Positions 11,033 through 23,204 of a stretch of 64,000 nt of DNA are shown here, piece after piece. Source of the DNA: Somniosus microcephalus (Eukaryota); assembly GCA_052327205.1 (NCBI GenBank), contig CM126222.1, forward strand, positions 49,166,001-49,230,000, read 5' to 3'. Each line of letters starts with the position of its first letter. Position 1 is the first letter of the stretch. Below the pieces are notes generated by a model. That model had not been told where the DNA came from. It saw nothing but the letters and a program-made list of their open reading frames with translations, and did not search any database. A program made the position numbers and the translations under genes.

Positions 11033-14000
11033 TACTTAAATCCATGTTCCCATTAATTGCCATGTATCTCAAGTTTCTGGTGCAAACAAATCTTGATGTT
11101 CTAGTTCAGGATTTATCCATCAATGAGACAGCACTTCTAAAAACAAGCCTTTCTAACCCGCCAAACCCACAAATTCAAACAGGTCAAATAAAGAATATAA
11201 GCGCAAATAGGACTAAGTTGCCAAGGCTTCAAGGATGGTTTTCCAGAACTCAGGTTGGAGTTTGGACACCCTGCCTTAAAGAGACACACACTTACACTTG
11301 AGCAGCAGAATAATACATGGCATTTAAAAGCTATTTAAAAAAGTAATAAAGCCAGTAATTTTATGCTCGTATCTTCTACCTTGATAATTAGGTCTATCCC
11401 TGAAGGGGGGAGCTGGGCATTTATAAGCATCTACTAATCTAGAGAAACTTTCCTCACAACAGCTCCCAAGATGAAGAGAGAGATTCATTCATTCATTCCA
11501 GCCCTAGCTTCTCATACAGAAAGTTATAGAGAGAACCGAGACAGCTTCACAACCTCACACTGTTCCAATCTGGCTCCCAAGAGAGTGTGTGTGCTTACAT
11601 GGTGTGAAAACACTGGCCTGCTTTCACCTACTAACCTTTCCTCCATCCGTTGAATCAGCCATACTTCATCAGTTCAGGTCAGGCAGGGATTGGGGGTTGT
11701 GAAGATTCATTTGAAACGTACAATCTTCTTTAGATTCTTAGTAACAACCGATGAATTTATAGCAGTAACTTTGTACAAAAGGCAATATACTGTTTAAATA
11801 TATCTAGACAGTTTATGGCCCAGCTGAAGAGTGCCCTTTTGCAGGTGTTGAACATCTATTAAGATTTTTTAATTTGCAAAAACCACCATCCACTCCCTGT
11901 CCACACTTTCAGAGCCTACGTCCTCTATATCTTTCTGCTCCTTCCCCTTTGAGCCCCACTTCCCTCTGCTGGACCTTTTCCTCTCCTCCTTATCTTTTGA
12001 CAGTCTGAGTTCCCCCACATCCTCCCAGGCCCCACCCTCACTGCTCGCTGACAGCCTCTCTCCATCTGAGCACAGGCCCTGTAGCAACAAAGCAGCGTTG
12101 GGAGTGGCAGCAGATAGTGGGCTTTTACGGCAGCTTTGTCAGTACTGAATTCAGCATTCTTGCTGCGGCTGGCTAGCTGCTGCACTGGCTGGCTGGCTGA
12201 TTGCTGTTGCATCTTCTGTGGTGAATGACTGCCTGCCTGCTGCTGCTAGAGATCTCTGTTCACCATTCTTCTCTGGCCTAATTCAGGTCTTTACTCCAAC
12301 TCCTGCTCTGCTGTTGCAGCCTATCTCTCCTCTCCTCTCGCCCTCCCTCATCAGGTACGGTAAGAAATGTTGATACTACTGTTTAGCCAAGCCTTTAAAA
12401 ATATCTATCTCTCTATTGTAAAATGTTGTGTATGCATGCATTTCCTATGCACCACACTTTACGGTATCATCATACTTCAGACATCACACAGTGTCCAATG
12501 CAAATTTCTGAGCCAATTTTTTTTTAAAGTATGAACAAAAACAATAATTTTCAATGTACATAAAAAGTCTCCAGGGTTCTGACATCCAGCCTAAGAGCAA
12601 GTAACCTTTGAATTAATTCATCCAGTATTTATTTAACATCAACTGGATTTTGTAGACTTAATGATACACACAGCTACACTTCCGCAGAAGAATAATACAT
12701 TGGTCCAAAAATTCCATGTTCTATTGATCTGCCATCATAACTCCAGTGGGGCCCCAGGAAGGTCGGGGGAGGCAACCCCTTCTTCCCATCAGGGTGACCA
12801 ACACTGAGTTTCAATGGGCATGAGTCAGACGGGCACTGGAAGTGGTGCTTGTGCCCACCTGCCCCATGCTAATAAAGTGCCTCTCACTGACCTTGCAAAG
12901 TCCTGCGGAGCCAATGGGAGGGTACCATTGGGCATCATCCCAGGGTAACTGCCAGGATCAGTTTAAAAAATCATGACAATGTCACCAGCAGGTCCTCAAT
13001 AGTTATATCCAAGTTCAGGGAAAAGAGAAAGGGACAACATGTCACTTAATCTGAGTGACGAGGTGACAAAGTCTTGGTGACAAACACAAAGACCAAAGGA
13101 ACCGTGCAACAAGTAACCTCAACAACCCTGATCGTATGTTATCTGAACACCTATAAGAATTTTAACTTGTTCACATCCTCAAAGCAATAGGAAAAGATAT
13201 ACCCAGATACTCGCAAACTAGCACTTTGGGGCCACTGATAACCGAAGCAAAGACGGGCAAAAAATCTCTGGAGCTGGACCAGAAACCACTTCAGAAACTT
13301 AAGGTACAAAACGGCAAAGGTATTAGGACAAGATCTGGGAATTTACCTCCACATCCAAAAAGGATGGATTTATAGCTGTACTTTGATTACAATATTTCTC
13401 GGGGTTGATGGAAGATTATATTCCATTTATGTGTAATTTAAGAAAAGGCCAGAAGAGGGAGTGCTGAGTGAGTGTAGTGGGGGAGCCAGTACAGACAGTT
13501 GGAGACAGGGAGAACACATTAAGCTGGGCAGACAGGAGGATATTATAAGAAAAGCACCTTGGAACAAGGTCCTGTTGTGTATATCCTATGTTTCAGTCTA
13601 TTGTAATAGAGCCCAAAGTTTTAATTGTATAGTTTTGTAGTACAGGTATTAGTACAGCAGGTTGACTGTAAGCCACTGATACCTGGGAGAGAGGGAGTAC
13701 CAGAGTTCGATTTGTAGGACTGTGGGAGTGAGAAGATCTCTGGTCAACTGATGTACCAAGGAAGATTTGACTAGAGAAGGAAACCTATAACAAACTAGGG
13801 TAATTGTACCATTTTGTGGAACTTTGATGGGGGAAACGAAGATCCTGTGAGAGGTAAAAGTTTTAAACCTCAAAATCTTACAAAACATGCGCTCGGGTAA
13901 AGTTCTCCAAGATTGGGTGGATCTGGATGAATGCTTTCAATTGCAATAAGAAGCTCCATTGCTTACATCAGATCACTGGCTCTGAGTGGGACAGTACTTT

Positions 14001-14564
14001 GATTACTTTTTTTTTAGCTTGCAGAGTTTTTTCTGTCACAACACAGTTTTAAAAATTATGGTTTGCAGAATTGCCCTGATAATTCCATTATGCAAAACCG
14101 AGATTCCCTTGGCAGTTTTGACAGCACAACATTTGCTGACACATTGTATGTCAGCACCCACGGAACTACCAGAGTTACATTGCAGCTTTGATTCATTTGG
14201 GATCTTTCCAAAGGACTGCCAAACAAAAGCTACATTTAACCCTTCAAGCACTATGATCCCTTCTCAGCTTTTCAATTTTTTTCCTGCCCTGTAACATGTA
14301 CAAAGTTATTGTGTGTATATTATGATGCCAATTATAAGGTAGAGCTAGGTCATCTTCTGTGGTTTTGCCCATAGAAAGTAAAGACGAAACAAATGTCCCT
14401 CAGAGTACATTAGTGATACTATAGAGGTATGAGGATCTGGAGCTATGAAGGGGCAGCTGCAGGCCTGATTGTGTGTTAGAGAATGGTGATACCCAAATAA
14501 GGAATGTGCAATGGTAAATTTAATGTATTGTAGTTAAGAAAAATGCATAGAAGTGATTACAATA

Positions 14565-14921
14565 CAGGAAACTTCGCGATATCCGGCACCGACGGGACCG
14601 AGCTGCTGCCGATCTATCAAAACTTCCGGATAGACCAGCACTAATGTTGAAGGATACGGAGGTTTTCATCTCCGTATCGGACAACAAACACTGTTGCTTA
14701 GCAACAGCTTGTAAACACTCGGCCCGTACCTTGGAAGCATCTCTGAAGCTGTTGCTAAGCTACAGAGACGCTTTCCAGAGCCTGACTGTTAAAAAGAATG
14801 CTAGGAGAAGAAAAAAAAAATGCTAGGAGAAGAAAAAAAACCTAACCAAAACGGCTGCTGATTTCTGCTGTTAGATCGAGGTTTCCGGACATACAACCTC
14901 CGGATAAACCAAAGTTTCCTG
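14565..14921. mobile_element. Tc1/mariner (Tigger-like) MITE, copy 2
   Basis: TIR CAGGAAACTT...AAGTTTCCTG, TA on both sides; same family as 9553-9877. Confidence 0.85.
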
Positions 14922-15052
14922 TACATTGTTGGCAAATTATGTTTTCTTACTACTCCTCTCCTAAAAGTGTGGATTCATGGTGGGAATAAAAAGTAAAAAG
15001 TGCAAGTTAAATATTGCATAGAATTGCAGCACAGAAACAGGCCATTTGGCCT

Positions 15053-15612
15053 TTTCTTAAAATTTGTTTATGGATGTAGGCATCGCTGGCAAGGCCAGTA
15101 TTTATTGCCCATCCCTAATTGCCCTTGAGAAGGTGGTGGTGAGCCGCCTTCTTGAACCGCTGCAGTCCGTGTGGTGAAGGTACTTCCACAGTGCTGTTAG
15201 GGAGGGACTTCCAGGATTTTGACCCAGCGACGATGAAGGATCGGCGATATATTTCTAAGACAGGATGGTGTGTGACTTGGAGGGGAACTTGGAGGTGGTG
15301 GTGTGCCCATGCACATGTTGCCCTTGTCCTTCTAGGTGGAAGAGGTCGCGGGTTTGGGAGGTGCTGCCGAAGAAGCCTTGGCAAGTTGCTGCAGTGCATC
15401 TTGTAGATGGTGTACACTGCAGCCACGGTGCGCCGGTGGTGGAGGGAGTGAATGTTTAAGGTGGTGGGATGGGGTGCCAATCAAACGGGCTGCTTTGTCG
15501 TGGATGGTGTCGAGCTTCTTGAGTGTTGTTGGAACTGCACTCATCCAGGCAAGTGGAGGGTATTCCAGCACATGCCTTACTTGTGCCTTGTAGATGGTGG
15601 AAAGGCTTTTAA
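15053..15612 (-). mobile_element. 3' fragment of a second CR1/L2-group LINE family, nested in a CR1 3' UTR
   Basis: ORFs 15332-15649 and 15115-15480 (IYKAQVR..LEY, HSLHHRRTVAA, SFIVAGSKSW.SLP); GGCCT at both junctions (15048-15052, 15613-15617); same family as 56435-56875. Confidence 0.85.
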
Positions 15613-15905
15613 GGCCTAACTGGTCTATACTGGTGTTTACGCTCCACACGAGACTCCTCCCACCCTACTTCATCTAACCCTATCATCACCTCCTTCCATT
15701 CTTTTCCCCCTCGTGTACTTCCCCTAGCTTCCCCTTAACTGCATTTATGCTATTCACATCAGCCACTCCCTGTGGTAGCAAGCTCCATATTCTCACCACT
15801 CTCTGGGTAAAGACATTTCTCCTGAATTCCTCATTGGATTTATTTGTGACTATCTTATATTTATGACCCCTAGTTTTGGACTCCCTCACAAATGGAAACA
15901 TCTTC
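15613..15905 (-). mobile_element. CR1 LINE 3' fragment (tail continues at 15017-15052)
   Basis: ORF 15686-16045 contains MFPFVRESKTRGHKYK...RNVFTQRVVRIWSLLP. Confidence 0.8.
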
Positions 15906-17390
15906 TGAAAATGTGAAATAAAAAGAGGAGGCACATACACAGCAGGCCCACCAGCATCTGAAAAGAGAAAAGATGGGTTAAAGTCTGCCAGCACTAGATA
16001 AGAAAACCCCTTTATAAGACTGTGCAAAATGAAGAGAGGGAACAACTGAAAATAGAGTCAGCCAAGCTGACCCTGCCAAAGAGAGGCAGTTTAACGGCCA
16101 GCCAAGAGGTTTCTTGAAAACCTTGAAAGTGGTGAAAACTGGTGGATAATCTACAAAGACAATGGGGGTGATTTTCATTCAGAAGTCGGGGAGGAGGCGG
16201 GACTACAACTTTCGGGGTTGTAGTCCCGCCTCCATCGAGATACGGCCAATCCACGCGATTTTCACTTGATTGACCTTGTTGAGCCCGCCCAGCAGGCTCA
16301 GCAGACCAATTAAGGGCCACCTGGCAATAGGTGACGTCACAGACTGAAATTTCATCTGTCAAGACGTTTTGACAGATGAAATATCAGTGTTTCACAGCTG
16401 TTTGAAGCTGTCAAACACTGACAGTCTTACTTCTAACCTGAGTCCTTCTACACAGACTCAGTTAGAAATCTCACCGGCACAGAAAGTTGCAGGCTGTCAC
16501 TTTTGACAGATCGCAGCCATTCTGCTTTCTGCGCCGGTTAGATGATGGACTCCCGAAACCTAGAGGAAGGAAGGCTGTAAAGGTAAGTACAGGTAATTTA
16601 AACTTCTTTACACACTTTAGACACACCAAACACACTTACCTTTGCACTCATGCACCCATCACTCACCTGAACACCGACATCTCGACCCCCCCAAGTCCTT
16701 CAACCCGACGGCTCGACGACTCTAACTTGGTGTGATTTGGAGCCATCAGGAATCCCCCACTTCAAGCTTTAAAATAGGGATTAGGCTAAAAACTGCCTGT
16801 TAACTACCTGTTAACAGGCAGTTAATTGGCACTAATCCCTTCCCGCCTCGGGTAGGCGGGTCCCAGTGCGGGGCGGATACCCGCCTCCTTTGAAACTTAC
16901 ATGGAGGCGGGATGGTGTCGGGACCCCCGAATTCGGGACTTTAACCCCCCACACGCCTCCAATCCCGACTCCACGGGTCAATGAAAATCGACCCCAATGT
17001 TAGCAAACCAAGGGAAAGGCATTAAAAGAACAAAAAGGATTGGAAACTGGTGAGTTAGATGGTGAGAAGGCACAGAAAAGATACACACAAATCCCTTCCA
17101 AATTGGAAAGAAGTTAAGTGGAAGGTGGATGATAGGAACAGGCAATAAAATGTAAGAGGCTAGTTAAGGTCTGAAGTTGTTAAAGTCAGTGTTCAGAGCA
17201 AAGGAGCGTAAACAGCCCAGGAGAAAGATGAGCTATTGTTCCTGAAGCTTGCATTGAGCTTGATTGGAACAGTGCACAAGGCCAAAAAAAGGACAGATTA
17301 GGAAAGGGACAGAATATTGAAGTGGTGAGGCACAGGGAGGTCAGCCTCACACTTACAGACAGAACATAGATGTTTGGCAAAGTGCTCACC
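15905..17390 (-). mobile_element. Degenerate Penelope-like retroelement 3' part, split by the MITE at 16164-16995
   Basis: 17185-17285 resembles the end of a Penelope GIY-YIG ORF (aagcttgcattgagcttgattggaacagtgca). 15940-15980 (agcaggcccaccagcatctg...gttaaag) is the reverse-strand equivalent of the terminus at 24100-24150. Confidence 0.55.
16164..16995 (+). mobile_element. PIF/Harbinger-type MITE, subfamily A copy 2
   Basis: TIR GGGGGTGATTTTCATT / AATGAAAATCGACCCC; exact 3-bp TSD AAT (16161-16163, 16996-16998). Confidence 0.9.
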
Positions 17391-18436
17391 CTATCCGGTT
17401 GATTTATTTTCTTCCTCTTAGCACAGAGATACTGAAGATGATTGTAGCACTCCAGTTACTGCCCTGCCTACGGTTAGCTAACCTATCACAGCAATTGAGC
17501 CTGGAACATTTTTTGTTTGAGCTGTGTATTTATCCAATAGATTACAGATTAGCAAAATGCATAAAATTGGGTGGAAATCATCACAACTAATTGAAAAATG
17601 GGTGTGAATCTGTGGTACTGAAGTACATCTTCCTTTTCTGAAGGAACTCTGTACAACTCAGGTGCAAATATGCCTCACAAATAGGCAATTAAAAGATGTG
17701 AACTGAGCTTCAGAGTGCAGTGTTGGAAATTTTCATTGTACAAGCAAAACAATTGAGCAACTGGGGATATAATAACACAAGCATCAATAGATAATGAAAA
17801 CCGACTCTCAGTGTCATAAAAAGGTACTGTAATAAATTTCATTCAGTTGTGGGCTGATCATCTTACTGCTATGCAATCATGATCTCTTGTAGTTTCGTAC
17901 ACATAATTGCAAATGAAACAAACATCTTGTACAAAAAGAAACATTTTTGTGAACTGCATTCTGCGCACTATTTCAGGGAAGTCCATATTTATTTACTGTA
18001 TTTATCATGGGTGTTTCAGAGCAATCAGATCACCAGTTCAGACACGTGTCATGTCAGATCTATTGCCATAATCTATTAACAGACATCAGGTGTAGAAAGT
18101 CACCCAAACTGCTCAAACAGCAGGAACAGTGTAAATTAAATGTTACAAGTTAGGTCTTAGAAAAATTAATGGATAGTAGCTGTATTTTCCAGAGGCACGA
18201 AAGCTTTTTCAGAGACTGAGGCATCAGAAACAGAGAATTATGAGGAGAGCTGGCTGGAGAACAGATTGGTAATGTGCATAGGCTCATCTTCAAATTCTCT
18301 ACATGATATTTTTGCCACAGTGAGGCCATTCAAGGAGGTCCTGAGGTACAAGAGGAAATCAGCGGGAATGCCAGCTATGTCAACCTTCCATGTCTCTTGG
18401 TGACCACCACAAGAGTGGCATTGGTAGAGGCCTGGG

Positions 18437-18618
18437 TGTAAAGTCCGCGCCTCAATAATACACGGACTTCGGGAGAACAGTTTAACAGGTACTTTACTGA
18501 ACAAGAGGCAGCTTGAAACTGAAACTACAGAAGCCTGCTAGGGCCTTTTATACAGGAGTGGTCACTGCCGGTACTGCAGTCTAAGACCAGTTATTCCCTT
18601 AAAGGTACATACACAACA
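18437..18618 (-). repeat. 3' LTR of the Gypsy element
   Basis: Direct repeat of 23205-23386 with 3 substitutions; preceded on the minus strand by the polypurine tract AAAAGGGGAGGA (18621-18632). Confidence 0.97.
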
Positions 18619-18727
18619 ATTCCTCCCCTTTTAGATAAACAGTACATAACATTCATTTAACAACTAAATAATAACTAATTACAATTACAATTTTCTCAGT
18701 AATATATACATCAACTGGAATAGTCAT

Positions 18728-21700
18728 TTATAAGTTCAGTCTTTGAGGAGGCTTCCTGATCCTGACTGGATAGCGCCTTTCTCGAGTATCCTGTTCTGGC
18801 GGTAGAGTCAATTCTGGCTCATTGTCATTGGTTGGTTCGTCAGCTTCCAATACCCCTGCTTCTGAGGTAGACGCAATCTGTACTTTGGGCTCATTACCAG
18901 GTGCACGTGCTTGTGGTACAGGTTTGGCTTGTTCCTGTGACTCTAGAATCTGGTCAGCATGGCGTCTCACGATGCTCTCTCCAACGTCCACTGTGTACAT
19001 TAGTGGTCCCTGCTGTGTGCATATCGTGCCTGGCTGCCATTTTTCTGTTCGGCAGTCGCGGGCCAAGACTGGTTGCCCTATCTTGAAGCTCCTGGTTGGC
19101 TTCTCATTTATGTGCTGGAACTGCTTATCCTCAACATCTCGTCTTATGTTTGGTTTGAGCAAATCCAAGCGACATCTTAGTCTCCGGTTGAAAAACAGTA
19201 CGGCTGGAGTTTGGTTGGTTACTGCATGTGTCGCATTCCGGTAAGCAAACAGGAAGTTATCCACCTTGTGTTGCAGTGGTATGTCGTCATTATACATTGC
19301 CTTTATGGCCTTTTTAAAGGTCTGAACAAACCTCTCAACCAATCCATTTGTGGCTGGCTGATATGGGGCAGATGTGTAATGTTTCACCCCATTATTCTTC
19401 AGGAACCTCCGGAAATCCTCAGCCACAAACTGTGGGCCATTGTCGGAACAGATCTGTTCTGGCAACCCATTCCTGGCGAAGATGGTCCTTAGGACTGCAA
19501 TAGTTTTCTCCGTGGTGGTGGAGGACATTTTAATGACCTCTGGCCATTTCGAATGGGAGTCCACAGCGATTAGAAACATTGAGTCCATAAATGGACCAGC
19601 GAAATTAATGTGTACCCGTTGCCATGGAGATGAGGGCCACTCCCATGGATGTAGCGGGGCCTGTGGTGGAGCGTTTTGGACCTTCTGGCATCCTGTGCAT
19701 CTCTTGGTCATATCCTCGATTTCTTTATCGATTCCCGGCCACCACACAAACGCCTTGGCTAGGCTCTTCATTTTTACCCCTCCCAGATGACCCTCGTGAA
19801 GCTCATTGAGTACTCTATCTCTCAACTTGGGTGGAATTACCACTCGGGATCCACATATCAAGGTTCCCCGGCACACTGACAGCTGTTCCCTCCTTGGCAA
19901 GAATGCTGGCAACAGTGAGTCGCCATATGCTGGCCATCCCTTCACCGTCAAATCATAGACCCGAGAGAGTGTCGGGTCATTTCGGGTTTCCTTCTCAATA
20001 CTTGCGTTTGTAACAGGCAAACATTCGACTATGGTCGCATGGAATATCTCCACAGGGTCCACTGCAGGTGCTTCTTCCGCCGTAGGCAACGGTAGGCGCG
20101 ACAGCCCATCAGCGTTTCCATGTTGTTTCGTACCTTTGTACTCTATGTCATACTGATGTGCCCCTAGAAACAGTGACCATCTTTGCAGCCGTTGCGCCGT
20201 CATCACCGGAACGCCCTTCTTTGGGTTAAAAATTGAGACCAGGGGTTGATGATCAGTCAGTAGGGTGAATTTCTGCCCGTGCAGATAGTGATTGAACTTC
20301 TTCACCCCCCACACCAGGCTGAGGGCCTCCCTGTCAATCTGGGCATAGTTACGCTCGGCTGAGGTTAGCGAGCGCGATGCAAAGGCTATTGGCCTCTCTG
20401 AACCGTCACGGAATTTGTGTGACAGCACCGCTCCAATGCCGTAAGGTGACGTATCACATGCCAACCGAATCGGTAGTGTTGGGTTGTAGTGGGCCAATAC
20501 TTCTTTTGAAGTGATTAGGCATTTACATTCCTGAAAGGCACGCTTACACTCATCACTCCATTTCCATGTTACACCAGTTTGAAGGAGGGCGTTCAGTGGG
20601 TGCAGAATTGTAGATAAATTCGGCAAGAACTTATGGTAGTAGTTCACCAACCCGTGGAACGACCTCAGTTGCGACACATTTTCTGGTGCTGGAGCCTTGA
20701 CTACAGCCTCAATCTTGTCCGGTGACTTATGCAACCCTTCCTCATCAATCCTGTGGCCACAATACGAGATCTGTCTCCTGAAGAACTCACATTTGGGACG
20801 GTTGGCTTGTAGCCCATATTCCTGCAATCTCGTGAGCACCTGTTCCAGGTTGGCAAGGTGTTCATTCTCATTTTCGCCCGTAACCAGGATGTCGTCCAAA
20901 TAACACTGGGTCCCCGGGATCCCTTGCAGGACTTGTTCCATTGCCCTCTGCCACATAGCCGGGGCCGATGCTACCCCAAATACCAGTCGATTGTACTGGT
21001 AAAGACCTTTGTGAGTGTTTATCGTGAGGTATTTCCTAGATGCTTCTTCCACCTCCATTTGTAGATACGCTTGAGCCAGGTCAATCTTTGTAAAACGTTT
21101 CCCTCCAGATAGTGAGGTGAAAATATCTTCTATCCGCGAAAGCGGATACTGTACTGTGTGCAGGACTGGGTTCACAGTCACCTTGAAGTCCCCACAGATG
21201 CGAACCTTCCTTGGCTCCTCAGGCATGCTGCTCAATGCTTTCTTCATTACAGGAACGATGGGTGTGGCCCACTCGCTCCAGTCCACCTTAGCCAGCACCC
21301 CCGAACGCTCCAGACTCTCCAGTTCAGCTTCCATAGCTGGGCGTATCGCGTATGGCACCGGTCTGGCCTTGAAAAATTTTGGGGTTGCGTTATCCTCAAT
21401 CTTTATGGTTGCCTTTACTCCTTTTAGAGTCCCAAGTCTTTGTTCGAACACCTCTTCCGCATCAGATAGAATTTGTGACAGACGTCCAGGTGCGACGTCA
21501 TCATCTTTTTTGTCAGTCACAGTTAGTGCCAGAATGGAATGCCAATCCAATTGTAGTCTTCGGATCCATTCACGTCCCAATAATGGTGGTCCTCCATCTC
21601 GTAGTATATACATGTATAGTTTCTGTGTTTCCTTTCCGTTATATTTAACTGGCACCCTTATTTTTCCTCTGGGGTAGACCTTTTGCCCCGTGTTTGTCTT

Positions 21701-22681
21701 CAATACAATGGACGTGTCCTTTAAGGGTGTGTGTGAGAATAGCCGCTCATAATCTCGTCGATTCATGACAGTTACGGCTGATCCTGTGTCCAATTCCATC
21801 TTCACTGGGGACCCTGCTATCATGAGGGTGACCCAAATGGTTCGGTGATCTTCTTTTGCGATCACGTTGTGTAACTTTAAACAACTTAGTCGCCTGCTCC
21901 CGGAGTCCTTATCACTCTCCTGATCTTCTGAACTACTATCTGTCACTTTCTTTACTTTCCTGTACTGTTCCTTAGTAGTTCTTGTCATGTTGGTCTTCTT
22001 TCCCGACCTGCAGACTCTTGCTATATGTCCCATTTTCCCGCATTGCCTGCATATTTTGTCTTTAAACCAGCAGTCCTTCTGCTCATGGGTTGTTCTGCCG
22101 CAGCGATAGCACTTTTCGGCTCCATACGCCATTTCGTTAGCGCTGTATTCTTGTGGTTTCTGTTGTATTTCCGCAGCTCCCCGTGCTGCTGCTTCGTAGG
22201 ATACTGCCACGCTGAAAGCCTGTTCTAGCGTCAGGTCCTTTTTTGAAAGTAGTCGTTTCTGGGTTCCTTCACTGTGGAGCCCGCAGACAAACTTATCCCG
22301 TAAGGTGTCTGCCAGTCCTGCTCCGAACTGGCAGTGCTTCGATAACTTGCGTAGTTCCGTAAGATAGTCAGCATTGCTCTCATCTTTGTGCTGGTTTCTT
22401 TTATGGAACTTGAATCTTTCTGCTATCAGCAGTGGTGTAGGGCTTAGGTGTTCCTGTAAGATATGAACAATCTCCTCAAAACCTTTCTCCATTGGTTTAG
22501 CTGGGGTAATTAAATTCCGCAATAGGCCGTACGTACTCACACCCATCAGATTTAATAATACCGACGCCCTCTTTCCATCGGCCACCTCATTTACCTTGCA
22601 GTACACTTCAATTCTTTCCACATACGTGGTCCAGTCTTCTACCTCGTTGTCGAAAGCAGTGATACTGCCACTTTTCGGCAT
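18728..22681 (-). CDS. Gag-Pol polyprotein of the Gypsy element
   Basis: Uninterrupted ORF; first ATG at 22681 (the track starts at a non-ATG codon, 22729). Two zinc knuckles (CYRCGRTTHEQKDC, CRQCGKMGHIARVC), protease ELDTGS, RT YLDD, RNase H CDTS..E..TDH, integrase HxxH..CxxC, SDNG and NGLVE. The first IN Asp is Asn. Confidence 0.95.
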   Translation of the reverse strand: MPKSGSITAFDNEVEDWTTYVERIEVYCKVNEVADGKRASVLLNLMGVSTYGLLRNLITPAKPMEKGFEEIVHILQEHLSPTPLLIAERFKFHKRNQHKDESNADYLTELRKLSKHCQFGAGLADTLRDKFVCGLHSEGTQKRLLSKKDLTLEQAFSVAVSYEAAARGAAEIQQKPQEYSANEMAYGAEKCYRCGRTTHEQKDCWFKDKICRQCGKMGHIARVCRSGKKTNMTRTTKEQYRKVKKVTDSSSEDQESDKDSGSRRLSCLKLHNVIAKEDHRTIWVTLMIAGSPVKMELDTGSAVTVMNRRDYERLFSHTPLKDTSIVLKTNTGQKVYPRGKIRVPVKYNGKETQKLYMYILRDGGPPLLGREWIRRLQLDWHSILALTVTDKKDDDVAPGRLSQILSDAEEVFEQRLGTLKGVKATIKIEDNATPKFFKARPVPYAIRPAMEAELESLERSGVLAKVDWSEWATPIVPVMKKALSSMPEEPRKVRICGDFKVTVNPVLHTVQYPLSRIEDIFTSLSGGKRFTKIDLAQAYLQMEVEEASRKYLTINTHKGLYQYNRLVFGVASAPAMWQRAMEQVLQGIPGTQCYLDDILVTGENENEHLANLEQVLTRLQEYGLQANRPKCEFFRRQISYCGHRIDEEGLHKSPDKIEAVVKAPAPENVSQLRSFHGLVNYYHKFLPNLSTILHPLNALLQTGVTWKWSDECKRAFQECKCLITSKEVLAHYNPTLPIRLACDTSPYGIGAVLSHKFRDGSERPIAFASRSLTSAERNYAQIDREALSLVWGVKKFNHYLHGQKFTLLTDHQPLVSIFNPKKGVPVMTAQRLQRWSLFLGAHQYDIEYKGTKQHGNADGLSRLPLPTAEEAPAVDPVEIFHATIVECLPVTNASIEKETRNDPTLSRVYDLTVKGWPAYGDSLLPAFLPRREQLSVCRGTLICGSRVVIPPKLRDRVLNELHEGHLGGVKMKSLAKAFVWWPGIDKEIEDMTKRCTGCQKVQNAPPQAPLHPWEWPSSPWQRVHINFAGPFMDSMFLIAVDSHSKWPEVIKMSSTTTEKTIAVLRTIFARNGLPEQICSDNGPQFVAEDFRRFLKNNGVKHYTSAPYQPATNGLVERFVQTFKKAIKAMYNDDIPLQHKVDNFLFAYRNATHAVTNQTPAVLFFNRRLRCRLDLLKPNIRRDVEDKQFQHINEKPTRSFKIGQPVLARDCRTEKWQPGTICTQQGPLMYTVDVGESIVRRHADQILESQEQAKPVPQARAPGNEPKVQIASTSEAGVLEADEPTNDNEPELTLPPEQDTRERRYPVRIRKPPQRLNL

Positions 22682-23193
22682 CTTGGGCGATTTAAAATGG
22701 CGCCTCCCGCGCTTTTGCTTCTTCCCCAACGGGATAAAATGGCGCCTCCCGTGCTTTTGCTTCTTCCCCTTACTGCCACGCTGCTCCTAGCGTTCTACGG
22801 GGTAATGGCGGCGACCCGCAGCTTCGGCACGTCTCACTTTCCTTCCCCCCCATTTAGTTTCTCTCCGCTGTCCTGTTCTCGAGCACCGACCGCGCCCTGT
22901 GCGCTCTACCCTCTCTCTCTCGTTTTCTTTTCCCGGCGACGCTGCGCGGCCCGATTTGTAGAGCCACTCGATCGAGCTTGAGCCCGCCGCAGTCCGGAAG
23001 GGTCAGCGCGCTACCTGCTACCAGCACGATTCGCTGGAACCACAGTCTCTCTCGCAATTCTCCAAACACCGATGGATTCTTTGGGCGGTTGCCCTCGGTC
23101 GACGCCCGTTGCTCAGACTACGACCTTCCAGGACCTTCCTTTCAGGCGAGATCCCCGAGAGATGATGCCACACTGCAGATGAGTTCGAACTTA

Positions 23194-23203
23194 CTCGTCG
23201 CCA
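23194..23203 (-). promoter_or_regulatory. Primer-binding site of the Gypsy element
   Basis: TGGCGACGAG one base inside the 5' LTR; complementary to the ...CUCGUCGCCA 3' end of vertebrate tRNA-Ser(GCT), from recall. Confidence 0.8.
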
Positions 23204-23204
23204 C

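Noticed and set aside
11870-12365. Possible non-coding exon ending at cag|gtacgg
   Set aside because: Weak donor, no defined acceptor and low-complexity sequence; cannot be supported without transcripts.
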